Source: Gemmatimonadaceae bacterium
GTDB lineage: Bacteria; Gemmatimonadota; Gemmatimonadetes; Gemmatimonadales; Gemmatimonadaceae
Reading direction: 5' to 3'
Assembly (NCBI GenBank): GCA_051859245.1
Contig: JBHYGA010000008.1
Location: 1 to 64,000 of the forward strand
DNA length: 64,000 nt
A program made the translations under genes and the position numbers. Below are positions 27,785-37,845 of the stretch, piece after piece (the stretch's first letter is position 1; every line of letters starts with the position of its first letter). The notes under the pieces were generated by a model. The model searched no databases and had not been told where the DNA came from. It saw only the letters and a program-made list of their open reading frames with translations.

Positions 27785-30007
27785 ATGTCCGCGACATCCC
27801 ACCCAGCTCCTCCGCGTCGCCCGTGGCGCGCTGCCGTGCTTCACGCACTACGCGCTGTCTTCGGTGCCCGATCTGACAACAGCGCCACACTCGATCTCGA
27901 GCGCAGCCGTCTCGCCGAAAGCGAGCAGCGTTTTCGCACGCTGGTCAACAACATTCCAGGGCTTTCGTATCGGCGGCGCAACGATACCGAATGGACCATG
28001 GAGTTTCTCAGTGATGCAGCGATTGCGGTCACCGGTTACCCAGCCAGCGACTTCCTTGGGGAACAACCGCGACGATTTGCCTCACTCATTCATCCCGACT
28101 ATCGCGCCGAAGTCGAAGTCATTGTCAACGAAGCGATTGCCCACCGCACCAGTTTTGCGGTTGAGTATCAGTTGCAACACGCTGACGGTTCCTTGCGATG
28201 GGTGAGCGAAACCGGCCAGGGGGTATTCCGCACGGAAGCGGATGCGTCGCCGTCGTACATCGACGGCGCGATTTTTGACATCACCGAACGGCATCGTGCC
28301 GAACAGAACCTGATCGACGCGCGACTCGATGCCGAAGACGCCAGTCGGCAGTTGCTGGAAACAAATCAGATTCTCGAAGAAGCAACGGCGCGTGCGAACT
28401 CCATGGCCGCGCAAGCGGAGATGTCGAGTCACGCCAAGAGTGAGTTTCTGGCCAACATGAGCCACGAGATTCGCACGCCGCTCACGGCCATTCTTGGCTA
28501 CGCCGACGTCCTTCGCGACGAAATCGTGGACAGCAGCGCATCGCGCACGCAACTGGACGCGGTCAATACGATTCGTCGGGCCGGCGAACACTTGCTCACT
28601 GTGATCAACGATGTGCTCGACCTCTCCAAAATTGAGGCCGGCCGCATGCAAGTGGAAGAAACCGAGACACGGCTGCCGGATTTGTTGCTGGAAGTCGATG
28701 GCTTGATGCAAGCGCGCGCTGAAGAGAAGGGCGTGCGATTGCGGACGCGCCTTGATACGCCGGTCCCCGATCGCATTCTCACGGATCCCACTCGGCTACG
28801 ACAGATCCTGCTCAACGTGGTGGGCAACGCGGCCAAGTTCACGGACGAGGGCAGCATTACGGTGGCAGTACGCGTGGTGTCGCACGCCGACGAGATGCGT
28901 CTCACAATTGATGTGACCGACACCGGACCAGGCATGACCGCGGCGCAGGCTGGCACGCTCTTCCAACCGTTCACGCAAGCCGATGCATCGGTGACGCGGC
29001 GTCACGGTGGCACCGGTCTTGGTCTCACCATCTGTCGGCGCCTGGCCGCACTCATGGGTGGTGACGTGACGCTCGCCGCAACGCGCCCGGGCGTTGGGAC
29101 CACGTTCGTGATTGACCTTCCGCTGCGACCGGCCGCGTTGGCGACAACGGTGCATGAACTGCAGTCGGTACCAGGTGATGTTGATGCGCCGCTGGATTCG
29201 TCGAGTACGCTGTTGGAGCACGTGCACATTCTGCTCGCCGAAGACGGACCAGACAATCAGCGATTGCTCACCCACCACCTGAGCAAGGCTGGTGCGCGCG
29301 TCACACTTGCCGAAAACGGGTTGGTCGCGCTCGCACTGATCACGGCTGCGCAGCGAAATAACGAACGCTACGACCTGATCATCACCGACATGCAGATGCC
29401 GGAGATGGACGGCTACACGCTGGCGCGAACCCTGCGCGCTCGAGACATCACGCTACCGATAATCGCGCTCACGGCGCACGCCATGGCAGAGGATCGCGCA
29501 AAATGTCTCGACGCCGGTTGTGACGACTACGCCACCAAGCCCATTGATCGCTCGGTGCTGCTGCGTACGGTCTCTCGATGGGTTGGCAAACAGTCCGCCA
29601 TGCACGAGGAAATCTTTCCGCTGGAGCGCGCATTCGACGAAGGCGCGCTGAGCAACGACGATGACGTCATCGCCAGCGAACATTCGATGGACCCCGAAAT
29701 GATGGCGCTGGTTCACACCTTCGTCTTGCAGCTACCCAACCGAACTGAACGACTGCTCGAACTCGTTGCTGAAGACAACCGGCAGGAAATTGCGCGGTTG
29801 GCGCATCAGCTCAAAGGGACAGGTTCAAGCTATGGCTATCCGCAGCTGACCGCCGTCGCACGCGAGCTTGAACAGGTCGCGCTCACCAGCGAGTACCCAA
29901 CCCAGCTGACAGACGCGGCCGGTCGGTTGGTTGATACGTGCAACGCAATCGAGCGTGGGCTTGGCGTGAACGTCTCACAGCTGTCGCAAGCAGCGGGTGA
30001 GTTGTGA
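27785..30007 (+). CDS. Hybrid sensor histidine kinase (PAS-HisKA-HATPase-REC-Hpt)
   Basis: FLANMSHEIRTP, NAAKFT, DTGPG, GGTGLGL; REC (AED...DMQMPEMDG...KP); Hpt AHQLKG. Confidence 0.92.
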   Translation: MSATSHPAPPRRPWRAAVLHALRAVFGARSDNSATLDLERSRLAESEQRFRTLVNNIPGLSYRRRNDTEWTMEFLSDAAIAVTGYPASDFLGEQPRRFASLIHPDYRAEVEVIVNEAIAHRTSFAVEYQLQHADGSLRWVSETGQGVFRTEADASPSYIDGAIFDITERHRAEQNLIDARLDAEDASRQLLETNQILEEATARANSMAAQAEMSSHAKSEFLANMSHEIRTPLTAILGYADVLRDEIVDSSASRTQLDAVNTIRRAGEHLLTVINDVLDLSKIEAGRMQVEETETRLPDLLLEVDGLMQARAEEKGVRLRTRLDTPVPDRILTDPTRLRQILLNVVGNAAKFTDEGSITVAVRVVSHADEMRLTIDVTDTGPGMTAAQAGTLFQPFTQADASVTRRHGGTGLGLTICRRLAALMGGDVTLAATRPGVGTTFVIDLPLRPAALATTVHELQSVPGDVDAPLDSSSTLLEHVHILLAEDGPDNQRLLTHHLSKAGARVTLAENGLVALALITAAQRNNERYDLIITDMQMPEMDGYTLARTLRARDITLPIIALTAHAMAEDRAKCLDAGCDDYATKPIDRSVLLRTVSRWVGKQSAMHEEIFPLERAFDEGALSNDDDVIASEHSMDPEMMALVHTFVLQLPNRTERLLELVAEDNRQEIARLAHQLKGTGSSYGYPQLTAVARELEQVALTSEYPTQLTDAAGRLVDTCNAIERGLGVNVSQLSQAAGEL

Positions 30008-31776
30008 GTAGCGACGCGATTCCTGCCATCGGTGCGGGCACGCCCGCCGAACACGCGCACGCTCACGTGCTGCTGATTGACGATGATCCCAACGTACAGG
30101 TGCTCGTAAGCACCATGCTCAAACCCATTGGCGCGCGCACGTCGGTAGCAGGGACCGGTGCGGAAGGGCTCAGCATTGCGCGATCGGACACGCCCGATCT
30201 CATCCTGCTCGACTACGATCTGCCGAACCTGAGCGGTCTGGATATCCTGGAAGTGCTGCGTATGGATCCAGCGCTCGCGCGCGTGCCTGTGGTCATGGTC
30301 ACGGGCAGCGAGAGCAACAGTGTACTCACGTCATGCTTTAACGCCGGCGCGCAGGACTACATTCGCAAGCCGTTTTTCGCGGCCGAACTTCGGTCGCGGG
30401 TGGGTTCCGTGCTCGAACGGCAGCGACTGCTCGTTGAGCTCGAAAGCGCGGCGCGACAGGATCGACTTACCGGATTGCCGAACCGCGAGTTGTTGCACAC
30501 CCGGTTACAGGCGGCAATTGATCAGGCGCGTGAGAGTCGCCTTGCCGGTTTCTCGCTGATGTTTCTTGATTTTGATCGCTTCAAGATCATCAACGACAGT
30601 CTCGGCCACGATGTGGGTGATCAGCTGTTGCAGTCGATCGCTGCGCGGTTGCGAGAGAATCTCCGCGCGAGTGATGCGTTTCTGCTCGAAACCACAGACA
30701 CCACGGTTGCCCGCCTTGGTGGTGACGAATTCGTGGTGCTCTTGCGCGGGGTCGCTGAGCCCGAGATCGCCATGTCTGTCGCAGAGCGCCTGATCAAGGC
30801 GCTGCAGCCTCCGCACCAACTCGGACCGCATTCGGTTCGCTCATCGGCCAGCATTGGCATCGCGTGTTACAGCAGCCACTACCTCACGGCTGATGACATG
30901 CTCCGCGATGCGGATATTGCCATGTATGAGGCCAAGTGCCGCGGCAAAGCGCGCGCGGTGCATTTTTCCTCGAGCATGCGCGACGCCATTGCAACACGAC
31001 ACGCAATGGAGAATGATCTTCGCACTGCCATTGAGCGGCAGCTGCTCACGCTCGTCTATCAGCCCATCGTCTCGTTGCAGGACCGATCGGTTGCCGGCGT
31101 GGAAGCGCTGGTGCGGTGGGAACACCCGGTACACGGCAATGTGCCGCCGTCGGAGTTCATTCCCATTGCGGAAGAAACACGCCTCATTCTGCCGCTCGCC
31201 GAATGGATCCTTCGAACGGCCTGCGCGGACTTCATGCGCTGGCAACGCGAATCCGGACTGCAGGCTCCCGGTTTTGTGAGTGTGAACCTGTCGCGCGTGC
31301 AGCTCACGGATCCCGACCTCGTGCAGCACACGCTGGCCATCGTTCGGGCAGCGGGCATGCAGCCACAGCAACTGCTGCTTGAAGTCACCGAGTCGCAAAT
31401 CATGGCGAACCGCGTTGGTGCGACACAGTTGTTGCACGAGTTCCGCGACGCCGGCGTGCGCCTTGCCATGGACGACTTTGGCACTGGCCACTCGTCGCTC
31501 TCTTGCCTGCAGGCGTTTCCGCTCGACGTGCTCAAAATCGATCGGGAGTTCATCGCGAACCTCGGTCGCGGTCGTGACTACGCTTCGCTCGTCCATGCTG
31601 TCGTTACGCTCGCCGACAACCTCGGTCTGGATGTCGTAGCCGAAGGCATCGAGGAAGTGGCGCAGGCGGCCATGCTGCAGGACCTCGGCTGCCGCTACGG
31701 GCAGGGGTATCTGCTGTCGCGTCCCATGACGAGCGAAGACCTGCTCGCCAATCACCGGTTGCCACTCGCCTCATGA
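30004..31776 (+). CDS. REC-GGDEF-EAL diguanylate cyclase/phosphodiesterase
   Basis: REC domain, DRLTGLPNR, GGDEF, EAL, DDFGTGHSSL and AEGIE. Confidence 0.92.
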   Translation: MSSDAIPAIGAGTPAEHAHAHVLLIDDDPNVQVLVSTMLKPIGARTSVAGTGAEGLSIARSDTPDLILLDYDLPNLSGLDILEVLRMDPALARVPVVMVTGSESNSVLTSCFNAGAQDYIRKPFFAAELRSRVGSVLERQRLLVELESAARQDRLTGLPNRELLHTRLQAAIDQARESRLAGFSLMFLDFDRFKIINDSLGHDVGDQLLQSIAARLRENLRASDAFLLETTDTTVARLGGDEFVVLLRGVAEPEIAMSVAERLIKALQPPHQLGPHSVRSSASIGIACYSSHYLTADDMLRDADIAMYEAKCRGKARAVHFSSSMRDAIATRHAMENDLRTAIERQLLTLVYQPIVSLQDRSVAGVEALVRWEHPVHGNVPPSEFIPIAEETRLILPLAEWILRTACADFMRWQRESGLQAPGFVSVNLSRVQLTDPDLVQHTLAIVRAAGMQPQQLLLEVTESQIMANRVGATQLLHEFRDAGVRLAMDDFGTGHSSLSCLQAFPLDVLKIDREFIANLGRGRDYASLVHAVVTLADNLGLDVVAEGIEEVAQAAMLQDLGCRYGQGYLLSRPMTSEDLLANHRLPLAS

Positions 31777-32639
31777 CACCCGCAGCATTCGCCGTAGACG
31801 CCGTCAAGCGACTCGGCCCGCTCGCTACGCTTCCCACCGTGACGCTTCGCATTATGCGACTGGCCGATGACCCCACGGCTACGGGTGACGCGCTCGACAA
31901 ACTGCTGGCGAGTGATCCCACACTCGGCGCGCGTGTACTGCGCGTGGTGAACTCGGCGTTTTACGGTTTGCCCGGAACGGTGAACACCACCGGCGCGGCC
32001 ATTGTGCGACTGGGATTCGCCGCGATCCGCAACATTGCGATCGCGGCCAGCCTTACGCGCATGTTTCGTGGTGGCAGGCTGCACCAGTCGTTTGATGCCC
32101 GTGACCTGTGGTTGCACTCGGTTGCTGTCGCCGAAGGTGCGCGACTGCTCGCACTGCAAACGCGCAAAGGCAGCGCTGAGGAAGCGATGCTGGCCGGATT
32201 GCTGCATGACATCGGCGTTGTGGTTGCCATGCAAACGCTGCGGCCGCAGTTCGAACAGTTGCTGCTCGCACTCGAAAGCGATCCGGGGCTCGAGTTTGCA
32301 AGCGCCGAGCTGCTGCATCTGGGCACTACGCACGAAGCACTGGGCGCGGCGCTCAGCAGTAGCTGGGGATTTCCGCAGTCACTGGCACACGTGGCCGCGC
32401 ATCATCATGCGCCCATGGCGCTGGAACCCGCACAGCGTGTGATGCCGGCGCTGGTGTACGTGGCAGATCACCTCGCGGCCGAATGCAAATTGGGCTACAG
32501 TCGCACGGTGCACGGGCACACGCTTGAACCCGCGGTGTGTGAATGGCTCGGGCTCAGTGAGGCCGATCTGCTCTCTGTGCGCGAGCGATTGCCGGCCGCT
32601 ACAGCCGAAGCGTCACAGGTGCTTGGCGACGGGAGCTGA
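31773..32639 (+). CDS. HDOD domain protein
   Basis: DPTLGARVLRVVNSAFYG, LWLHSVAVA, AGLLHDIG, W.FP and HH.P. Confidence 0.9.
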   Translation: MTPAAFAVDAVKRLGPLATLPTVTLRIMRLADDPTATGDALDKLLASDPTLGARVLRVVNSAFYGLPGTVNTTGAAIVRLGFAAIRNIAIAASLTRMFRGGRLHQSFDARDLWLHSVAVAEGARLLALQTRKGSAEEAMLAGLLHDIGVVVAMQTLRPQFEQLLLALESDPGLEFASAELLHLGTTHEALGAALSSSWGFPQSLAHVAAHHHAPMALEPAQRVMPALVYVADHLAAECKLGYSRTVHGHTLEPAVCEWLGLSEADLLSVRERLPAATAEASQVLGDGS

Positions 32640-32768
32640 GGAACTGCACCCGCATCCGCTTGCACAGCCCGACGACGCAGCGCGCGAGGCACGCCACGCG
32701 CCCAACGCACGGCGCGCAATGAATGCCACCGACGCGAGAACGATGAGCGCTACGATCAGGGATTGCAT
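32613..32768 (-). CDS. FeoB-associated Cys-rich membrane protein (51 aa, absent from the ORF track)
   Basis: Hand translation MQSLIVALIVLASVAFIARRALGAWRASRAASSGCASGCGCSSSAPVAKHL*; starts 3 nt after the feoB stop; TM helix plus CxxxCxC. Confidence 0.8.
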   Translation of the reverse strand: MQSLIVALIVLASVAFIARRALGAWRASRAASSGCASGCGCSSSAPVAKHL

Positions 32769-32771
32769 GCG

Positions 32772-34949
32772 TTAGCCTCCGTATCCAAGGGCTCGTCCCA
32801 CGGTGTACACAAGCCACGCGGCTCCGTACGCCAGTGCGAGCATGTAGCCAAACTGAATCGCGGCCCATGACCAGCCAATCTTGCCGCCGCCCGCTTCGCG
32901 CACGGTGATTGCCGTGGTGCTCATGCACATGAGCGCGTACACGTAAAACACCATCAAACCGAGTGCCACCAATGTTGAATACACCGGACGACCGGTGTTC
33001 GGATCAACTTCAGCCTTAAGGCGCTCGCCCAGCGCGGCGGCATTGTCTTCATCGCCGCCCACGCCGTAGATCGTGCCCATGGTGGACACGAACACTTCAC
33101 GCGCCGCAAAGCTGGCAGCAATCGACACACCAATTTTCCAGTCGTAACCGAGCGGGCGTACCACCGGCTCAATAATCTTGCCGATCTGTCCGAGTGCGCT
33201 CTGCTCCAGCTGCTGCTCCTGTTGCGCGACGTCAGACAACGCGGGATCTGGCGCCGTACGCGGATACGTGGCCAGCGCCCACAGCACTATCGAGAGTGCC
33301 ATGATCACCGTGCCGGCGCGGCGTACGAATAACATCGCGCGCTGCCACACGGTCACACCAAGCGTACGCACACTCGGCCACCGGTACGACGGCAGCTCGA
33401 GAATCATGGGCCGCACGGGACCCTTGAGCAGCGTGCGCTTGAACACGGCAGCAACGGCGAGCGCGGTGAGTGTACCGAGCAGATACATGCCGAGTAACGT
33501 CATGCCCTGCAGACCAAAGCCAAGCGGAAGCGTACTCGCTGGCACAAATGAACCAATGAGCAGCGTGTACACCGGCAGTCGTGCCGAGCAACTCATGAGC
33601 GGCACCACCATCATCGTGGCCAATCGATCTTGCCGGTTCTCAATCACGCGTGTGGCCATGATGCCAGGTACCGCACACGCATAACCCGACAACATGGGAA
33701 TGAAGCTGCGGCCGTGGAGGCCAACGCGTCGCATCACTCGATCCATGAGAAACGCCGCGCGCGCCATGTAGCCGCTGTCTTCCAGTACGCCGATGACCAG
33801 AAACAGAATGCAGATTTGCGGGAGGAACACGAGCACCGATCCCACGCCCGCAAACACGCCGTCTACCACGAGCGACCGCAGCTCACCTTCGGGCATGAAG
33901 CTGCCAACGAGAGAGCCGAGCGCCGCAATGCCACCTTCGATGGCGTCTTGCAACGGTGCGGCCCACGTAAAGACGGACTGAAAAACAAACGCCATCAGTC
34001 CAATAAACAGAATCGGACCAATCACGCGATGCAGTGCAACGGAATCAATGCGATCAGAGACAGACTGGCCATGCGCTGCGCGCGACGCGGTAGTGCGCGC
34101 CATCACTTCGCCAATCCATCCGTAACGCGCATCTGATTCGAGGCGCTGCGGCGCAATGCCCATCTGTGCGAGCGTGACGGTTGCGTCGCGCCGCGCATCG
34201 TCGAGACCGTCAATCGTTTCGAGATGCGGCTCGGCGTGTTGCACCGACATCAGGCGCAGCGCTTCGAGCCGCGCCGCCGACGGTTTGAATCCCGCCTGTT
34301 CGAGACGCTGCACAACCGGCAGCAGTGCGTCGTCTACGGCGTGCGGCAATGCGAACTTTCGACTCGGCGCCGGCAGTGTGACCGCGATTTCGCAGGCGCG
34401 CGTGAGCGCATCGAGTCCCTGCGCACGCTTGGCAATCAGTGGCACAACCGGCACACCGAGTTCGTGAATCAGCTCGGGCACATCAATCGTGATGCCCTTG
34501 GCTTCCGCCGCGTCCATCTGATTGAGCGCCACCACAACCGGCACACCAACTTCGAGCACCTGGCTGGTGAGATACAGGTTGCGCTCAAGATGTGCGGCGT
34601 CCACCACCACAACGATCACATCAGGGCGCCATCCGTCCCGCGCTTTGCCGAGCAATACCTCGAGCGCAATCTGTTCATCGGGCGAGGACGCGGAGAGCGA
34701 ATAGCTGCCCGGGAGATCAAGACACGAAACGCGTGCGCCACCCGCCGTGCGAAACGCACCTTCCACGCGTTCCACGGTCACGCCGGCAAAATTGCCAACA
34801 CGCTGACGCAGTCCGGTCAGCGCATTGAAGAGTGTCGTCTTGCCTGTGTTAGGATTTCCTACGAGCGCGATGCGCAAGACTGCGGCATCATTCGGTGCAG
34901 GAAGCGCGGGCGGTGTTGATTCGACCACCGGCACAGCGAGATCGCTCAT
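32772..34949 (-). CDS. feoB: Ferrous iron transporter B
   Basis: GNPNTGKT, GNFAGVTVE, DLPG, NQMD, LEDSGYMARAA and MSCSARLP. Confidence 0.95.
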   Translation of the reverse strand: MSDLAVPVVESTPPALPAPNDAAVLRIALVGNPNTGKTTLFNALTGLRQRVGNFAGVTVERVEGAFRTAGGARVSCLDLPGSYSLSASSPDEQIALEVLLGKARDGWRPDVIVVVVDAAHLERNLYLTSQVLEVGVPVVVALNQMDAAEAKGITIDVPELIHELGVPVVPLIAKRAQGLDALTRACEIAVTLPAPSRKFALPHAVDDALLPVVQRLEQAGFKPSAARLEALRLMSVQHAEPHLETIDGLDDARRDATVTLAQMGIAPQRLESDARYGWIGEVMARTTASRAAHGQSVSDRIDSVALHRVIGPILFIGLMAFVFQSVFTWAAPLQDAIEGGIAALGSLVGSFMPEGELRSLVVDGVFAGVGSVLVFLPQICILFLVIGVLEDSGYMARAAFLMDRVMRRVGLHGRSFIPMLSGYACAVPGIMATRVIENRQDRLATMMVVPLMSCSARLPVYTLLIGSFVPASTLPLGFGLQGMTLLGMYLLGTLTALAVAAVFKRTLLKGPVRPMILELPSYRWPSVRTLGVTVWQRAMLFVRRAGTVIMALSIVLWALATYPRTAPDPALSDVAQQEQQLEQSALGQIGKIIEPVVRPLGYDWKIGVSIAASFAAREVFVSTMGTIYGVGGDEDNAAALGERLKAEVDPNTGRPVYSTLVALGLMVFYVYALMCMSTTAITVREAGGGKIGWSWAAIQFGYMLALAYGAAWLVYTVGRALGYGG

Positions 34950-34975
34950 GTGGCGACCGAACTACTGAGCTTCGC

Positions 34976-35290
34976 TCAGCCGCGCGCCGAACGGACGGCT
35001 GGCAGCGGCTGAACAGTGATGCCGGCAGTGAGCGCCGAACCGAGTGCGATACGCGTGCCGCGCACATCGAGAACCATCGCGTGACGCGCGTCAATCACGC
35101 TGACCGACGTGCCTTCGCACAAACCGAGTGCACGGAGGCGGCAGGCTTCGTCTGAACCACAATCATCAAGGCCGAGCACGGTGGCGCGACTGCCCGGACG
35201 ACACTGCGAGAGCGTACACGGACGCGCGTCTGCAAGCAGACCATTCGCAGGCTGTGCGACCGACTCAAGAACAGGAAGCTTGGTGCTCAC
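34976..35290 (-). CDS. feoA: Ferrous iron transport protein A
   Basis: RLRALGLCEG...V...VRGTRIAL SH3-like pattern; directly upstream of feoB. Confidence 0.85.
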   Translation of the reverse strand: MSTKLPVLESVAQPANGLLADARPCTLSQCRPGSRATVLGLDDCGSDEACRLRALGLCEGTSVSVIDARHAMVLDVRGTRIALGSALTAGITVQPLPAVRSARG

Positions 35291-35306
35291 GTGGCGATGA
35301 TGAGAA

Positions 35307-35326
35307 GATGAGAATGGTTCTCAATC
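35307..35326. promoter_or_regulatory. Fur-box-like palindrome upstream of feoA
   Basis: TGAGAATGGTTCTCA (35309-35323), close to the 7-1-7 TGA(T/G)AAT-N-ATT(A/C)TCA Fur consensus, 18 nt upstream of the feoA GTG. Confidence 0.7.
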
Positions 35327-35420
35327 GTTACTTACTTAGATTAGCACAACGAGAGAGGCGAAGCAATGGGGAGTGATTTTGTCGGGAGACGCTCCCCAGC
35401 CTCCGTTGTTAGCGAGCCCG

Positions 35421-36260
35421 TCAGGCTGGGGCCAGCGCTGAACCGTTGGGGTCGCGCCGCGCCATGATGAAGCCCACGCCAATGACGGCGATCGTAATCG
35501 CGATCACCTGCGCGATCGTGAGTCCGGCCACAAAGCGATCGTCCTTGGCTCGGAAGAACTCCACGATAAAGCGCTCCAGACCGGCCACCACGCAGTACAC
35601 GCCGGCCAGCCACCCTTCCTTATGGGTGTGCTTCCGGAACTGCCACAGCACCAGAAACATCACGAAGCCCATGGCCACTTCGTACAGCTGCGTGGGGTGT
35701 ACGGCGATCACCTGGAGCGGATCGGTGCCGGGCGGGAGATCCACGCCGAACATGCTCTGCAGGTTCTGTGCGGTGCTCGGCGGCGCGCCCTCTGGGAAGC
35801 GCACGGCAAACGGACCGCTCCACGGCCGGCCGTAGTCATCACCAACCGCCCAGCATCCGGTGCGTCCCACCGCGTAGCCACCGGCGATGGAAATGCCGGC
35901 GACATCCGCGATGCGAAAAAACCCGAGCTTCTTCCAGCGAACGGTGAGTGTGCACAAAATCACCGCGCCAATAAATCCGCCCCAGAAGACAAAACCGCCG
36001 CGACTGAAAAACGCCGAGACGTCACCCACCAGAATCACGTAGTAGGTCTTGGCACCAATCAGCGTACCGATCAACGCGGCCATGATGATGTCGGGCATCG
36101 CGTCGGCTTCCACGAGCTGTCCGCGCCGCGTGAGCTCACGAATGCAGATAATCTGCGCGAGCACAAATCCGGCGAGCACGGCCAGACCAAACCCCGTGAG
36201 CTCGATGGGACCAAACTTGAAAACCGTGGGCAGCGCCGTAATGCCGTCAATAGCAAGCAT
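35421..36260 (-). CDS. lgt: Prolipoprotein diacylglyceryl transferase
   Basis: GGFVFWGG, GRTGC...GDDYG, HPTQLYE and RFIVEFFR. Confidence 0.9.
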   Translation of the reverse strand: MLAIDGITALPTVFKFGPIELTGFGLAVLAGFVLAQIICIRELTRRGQLVEADAMPDIIMAALIGTLIGAKTYYVILVGDVSAFFSRGGFVFWGGFIGAVILCTLTVRWKKLGFFRIADVAGISIAGGYAVGRTGCWAVGDDYGRPWSGPFAVRFPEGAPPSTAQNLQSMFGVDLPPGTDPLQVIAVHPTQLYEVAMGFVMFLVLWQFRKHTHKEGWLAGVYCVVAGLERFIVEFFRAKDDRFVAGLTIAQVIAITIAVIGVGFIMARRDPNGSALAPA

Positions 36261-36287
36261 GCGCGAATGGTGGCGAAAGAAGACGGA

Positions 36288-37397
36288 TTAGCGCGATGCT
36301 GAGCCGCTGCGGGCGGCGCTTCGCGAGACGGAGTGAGTCGGCGACCGCTGTAACATACCGGGAATGGGCATCGCCGCGTGCGCGGAGAACGCGGGATGTC
36401 CAATCTCACCTGCCGCGAAGCGAAATGCACCCGCGGCGGCGATCATGGCGGCGTTGTCGGTGGCGAGTCGGGGTGAAGGGGCGAAGACTACCTGACCGTT
36501 GGGCAGGGCCCGCTGCATGGCCGCCTGCAACGCCTGATTGCAGGCCACACCGCCGCCGAGCACGACACGATCACGATTGAACAATCGGGCGGCGCGGGAA
36601 GTTTTGGCCACGAGCGTATCAACCACCGCGTCCTGAAATCCACGCGCAATGTGTGGCCGTTCTTCGTTAATCGTGCCATTTGCTTCGGCGGCACGAACGG
36701 CCAGCATGACGGCGGTTTTCAACCCACTGAATGACAGGTCAAAATAGTCCGCATCGTCGGGCTGCTGGTTGCGCCGCAGCATGGGCCGCGAAAACACATG
36801 GCGCGACGGATCACCGTCGCGCGCGAGCAACTCCAGCGGTCGACCGCCAGGATACGGAAGTCCTAGCAGCTTGGCCACCTTGTCGAACGCTTCACCGGCA
36901 GCATCATCACGCGTCTGACCGAGCAACTGATACGAGCCCCAGTCTGGAACATCGAGCAACAACGTGTGCCCACCGCTCACCAACAGCGCGGTAAAGGGCG
37001 GCGTGGCAAGCGGGTGTTCAAGCGCCGTGGCAAACAGATGACCTTCAAGATGATGTACAGGCACAACGGGTACGCCGCGCGCGAGACCGAGCGCTTTGGC
37101 AAAGTGCACACCCACAAGCAGCGCGCCTACCAGACCAGGCGCGTGTGTCACGGCGATCGCGTCACAATCGTTCACATCGCACGCGGCGTCGCGCAGCGCT
37201 TCGCGCACGACCGGAGGCAGTGCGGTGAGATGTTGCCGGCTCGCGATCTCCGGCACCACGCCACCAAACACGCGGTGCACATCCTGCGATAGAATCACCA
37301 GCGAACGCAGCGTGAAGGCATCTCCGGTGCGCTCAACAACGGCGGCCGATGTTTCGTCGCACGATGTTTCAATGCCGAGAATTCGCACGGTGCTCAT
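36288..37397 (-). CDS. tsaD: tRNA N6-threonylcarbamoyladenosine synthesis protein TsaD
   Basis: GIETSCDET, GGVVPEIASR, HHLEGH, SGGHT, DDAAGEAFDK, SFSGLKT and TDNAAMIA. Confidence 0.95.
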   Translation of the reverse strand: MSTVRILGIETSCDETSAAVVERTGDAFTLRSLVILSQDVHRVFGGVVPEIASRQHLTALPPVVREALRDAACDVNDCDAIAVTHAPGLVGALLVGVHFAKALGLARGVPVVPVHHLEGHLFATALEHPLATPPFTALLVSGGHTLLLDVPDWGSYQLLGQTRDDAAGEAFDKVAKLLGLPYPGGRPLELLARDGDPSRHVFSRPMLRRNQQPDDADYFDLSFSGLKTAVMLAVRAAEANGTINEERPHIARGFQDAVVDTLVAKTSRAARLFNRDRVVLGGGVACNQALQAAMQRALPNGQVVFAPSPRLATDNAAMIAAAGAFRFAAGEIGHPAFSAHAAMPIPGMLQRSPTHSVSRSAARSGSASR

Positions 37398-37425
37398 GGC
37401 TGCACACCGCTGTTTAGGGCGTCGC

Positions 37426-37842
37426 TCATGGCACGGGTTGCACGGACTTGGTGGTATCCCGCTCTGGGCGACGCAGCAGCACCAGCAACAATCGCGGGCG
37501 AACGTCGCGCACGACTACATCACTGCCAGTTGGTAGATTGATATCCTCGCCACGCAGTTCAAGCCGCGCGCTGTCGCCGCCTTCGCTCGTGACCGCGCGG
37601 GGCATCATGGGCGGTGTCGTAATTAGTTTGAACAATTCTCGGCGCTTGCCAACCACGAGTGCTTCAACCGGCGGTGTGGGTTCGGCCAGCGTGACGTCGG
37701 CATCAAGCGTGAGCGCGACGTTCACGGGAATCCATTCCGACGCGGATTCTTCTGCACTCACGATGAGCCAGAGGCCCGTGGCCAGGACGAGTGCAATCAC
37801 GGCCCGCGGCCATTCGGCGCGCAGTCGCCGCTTCATGCCCAC
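37426..37842 (-). CDS. Membrane-anchored YbbR/CdaR-like protein
   Basis: N-terminal ALVLATGLWLIV helix followed by a beta-rich domain; family assignment tentative. Confidence 0.5.
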   Translation of the reverse strand: MGMKRRLRAEWPRAVIALVLATGLWLIVSAEESASEWIPVNVALTLDADVTLAEPTPPVEALVVGKRRELFKLITTPPMMPRAVTSEGGDSARLELRGEDINLPTGSDVVVRDVRPRLLLVLLRRPERDTTKSVQPVP

Positions 37843-37845
37843 GCG

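Noticed and set aside
35346..35412. attC-like integron site (GCTAAC...GTTGTGC on the minus strand)
   Set aside because: The R' box deviates from GTTRRRY, it is single-copy, flanked by housekeeping genes, and no integrase is present.
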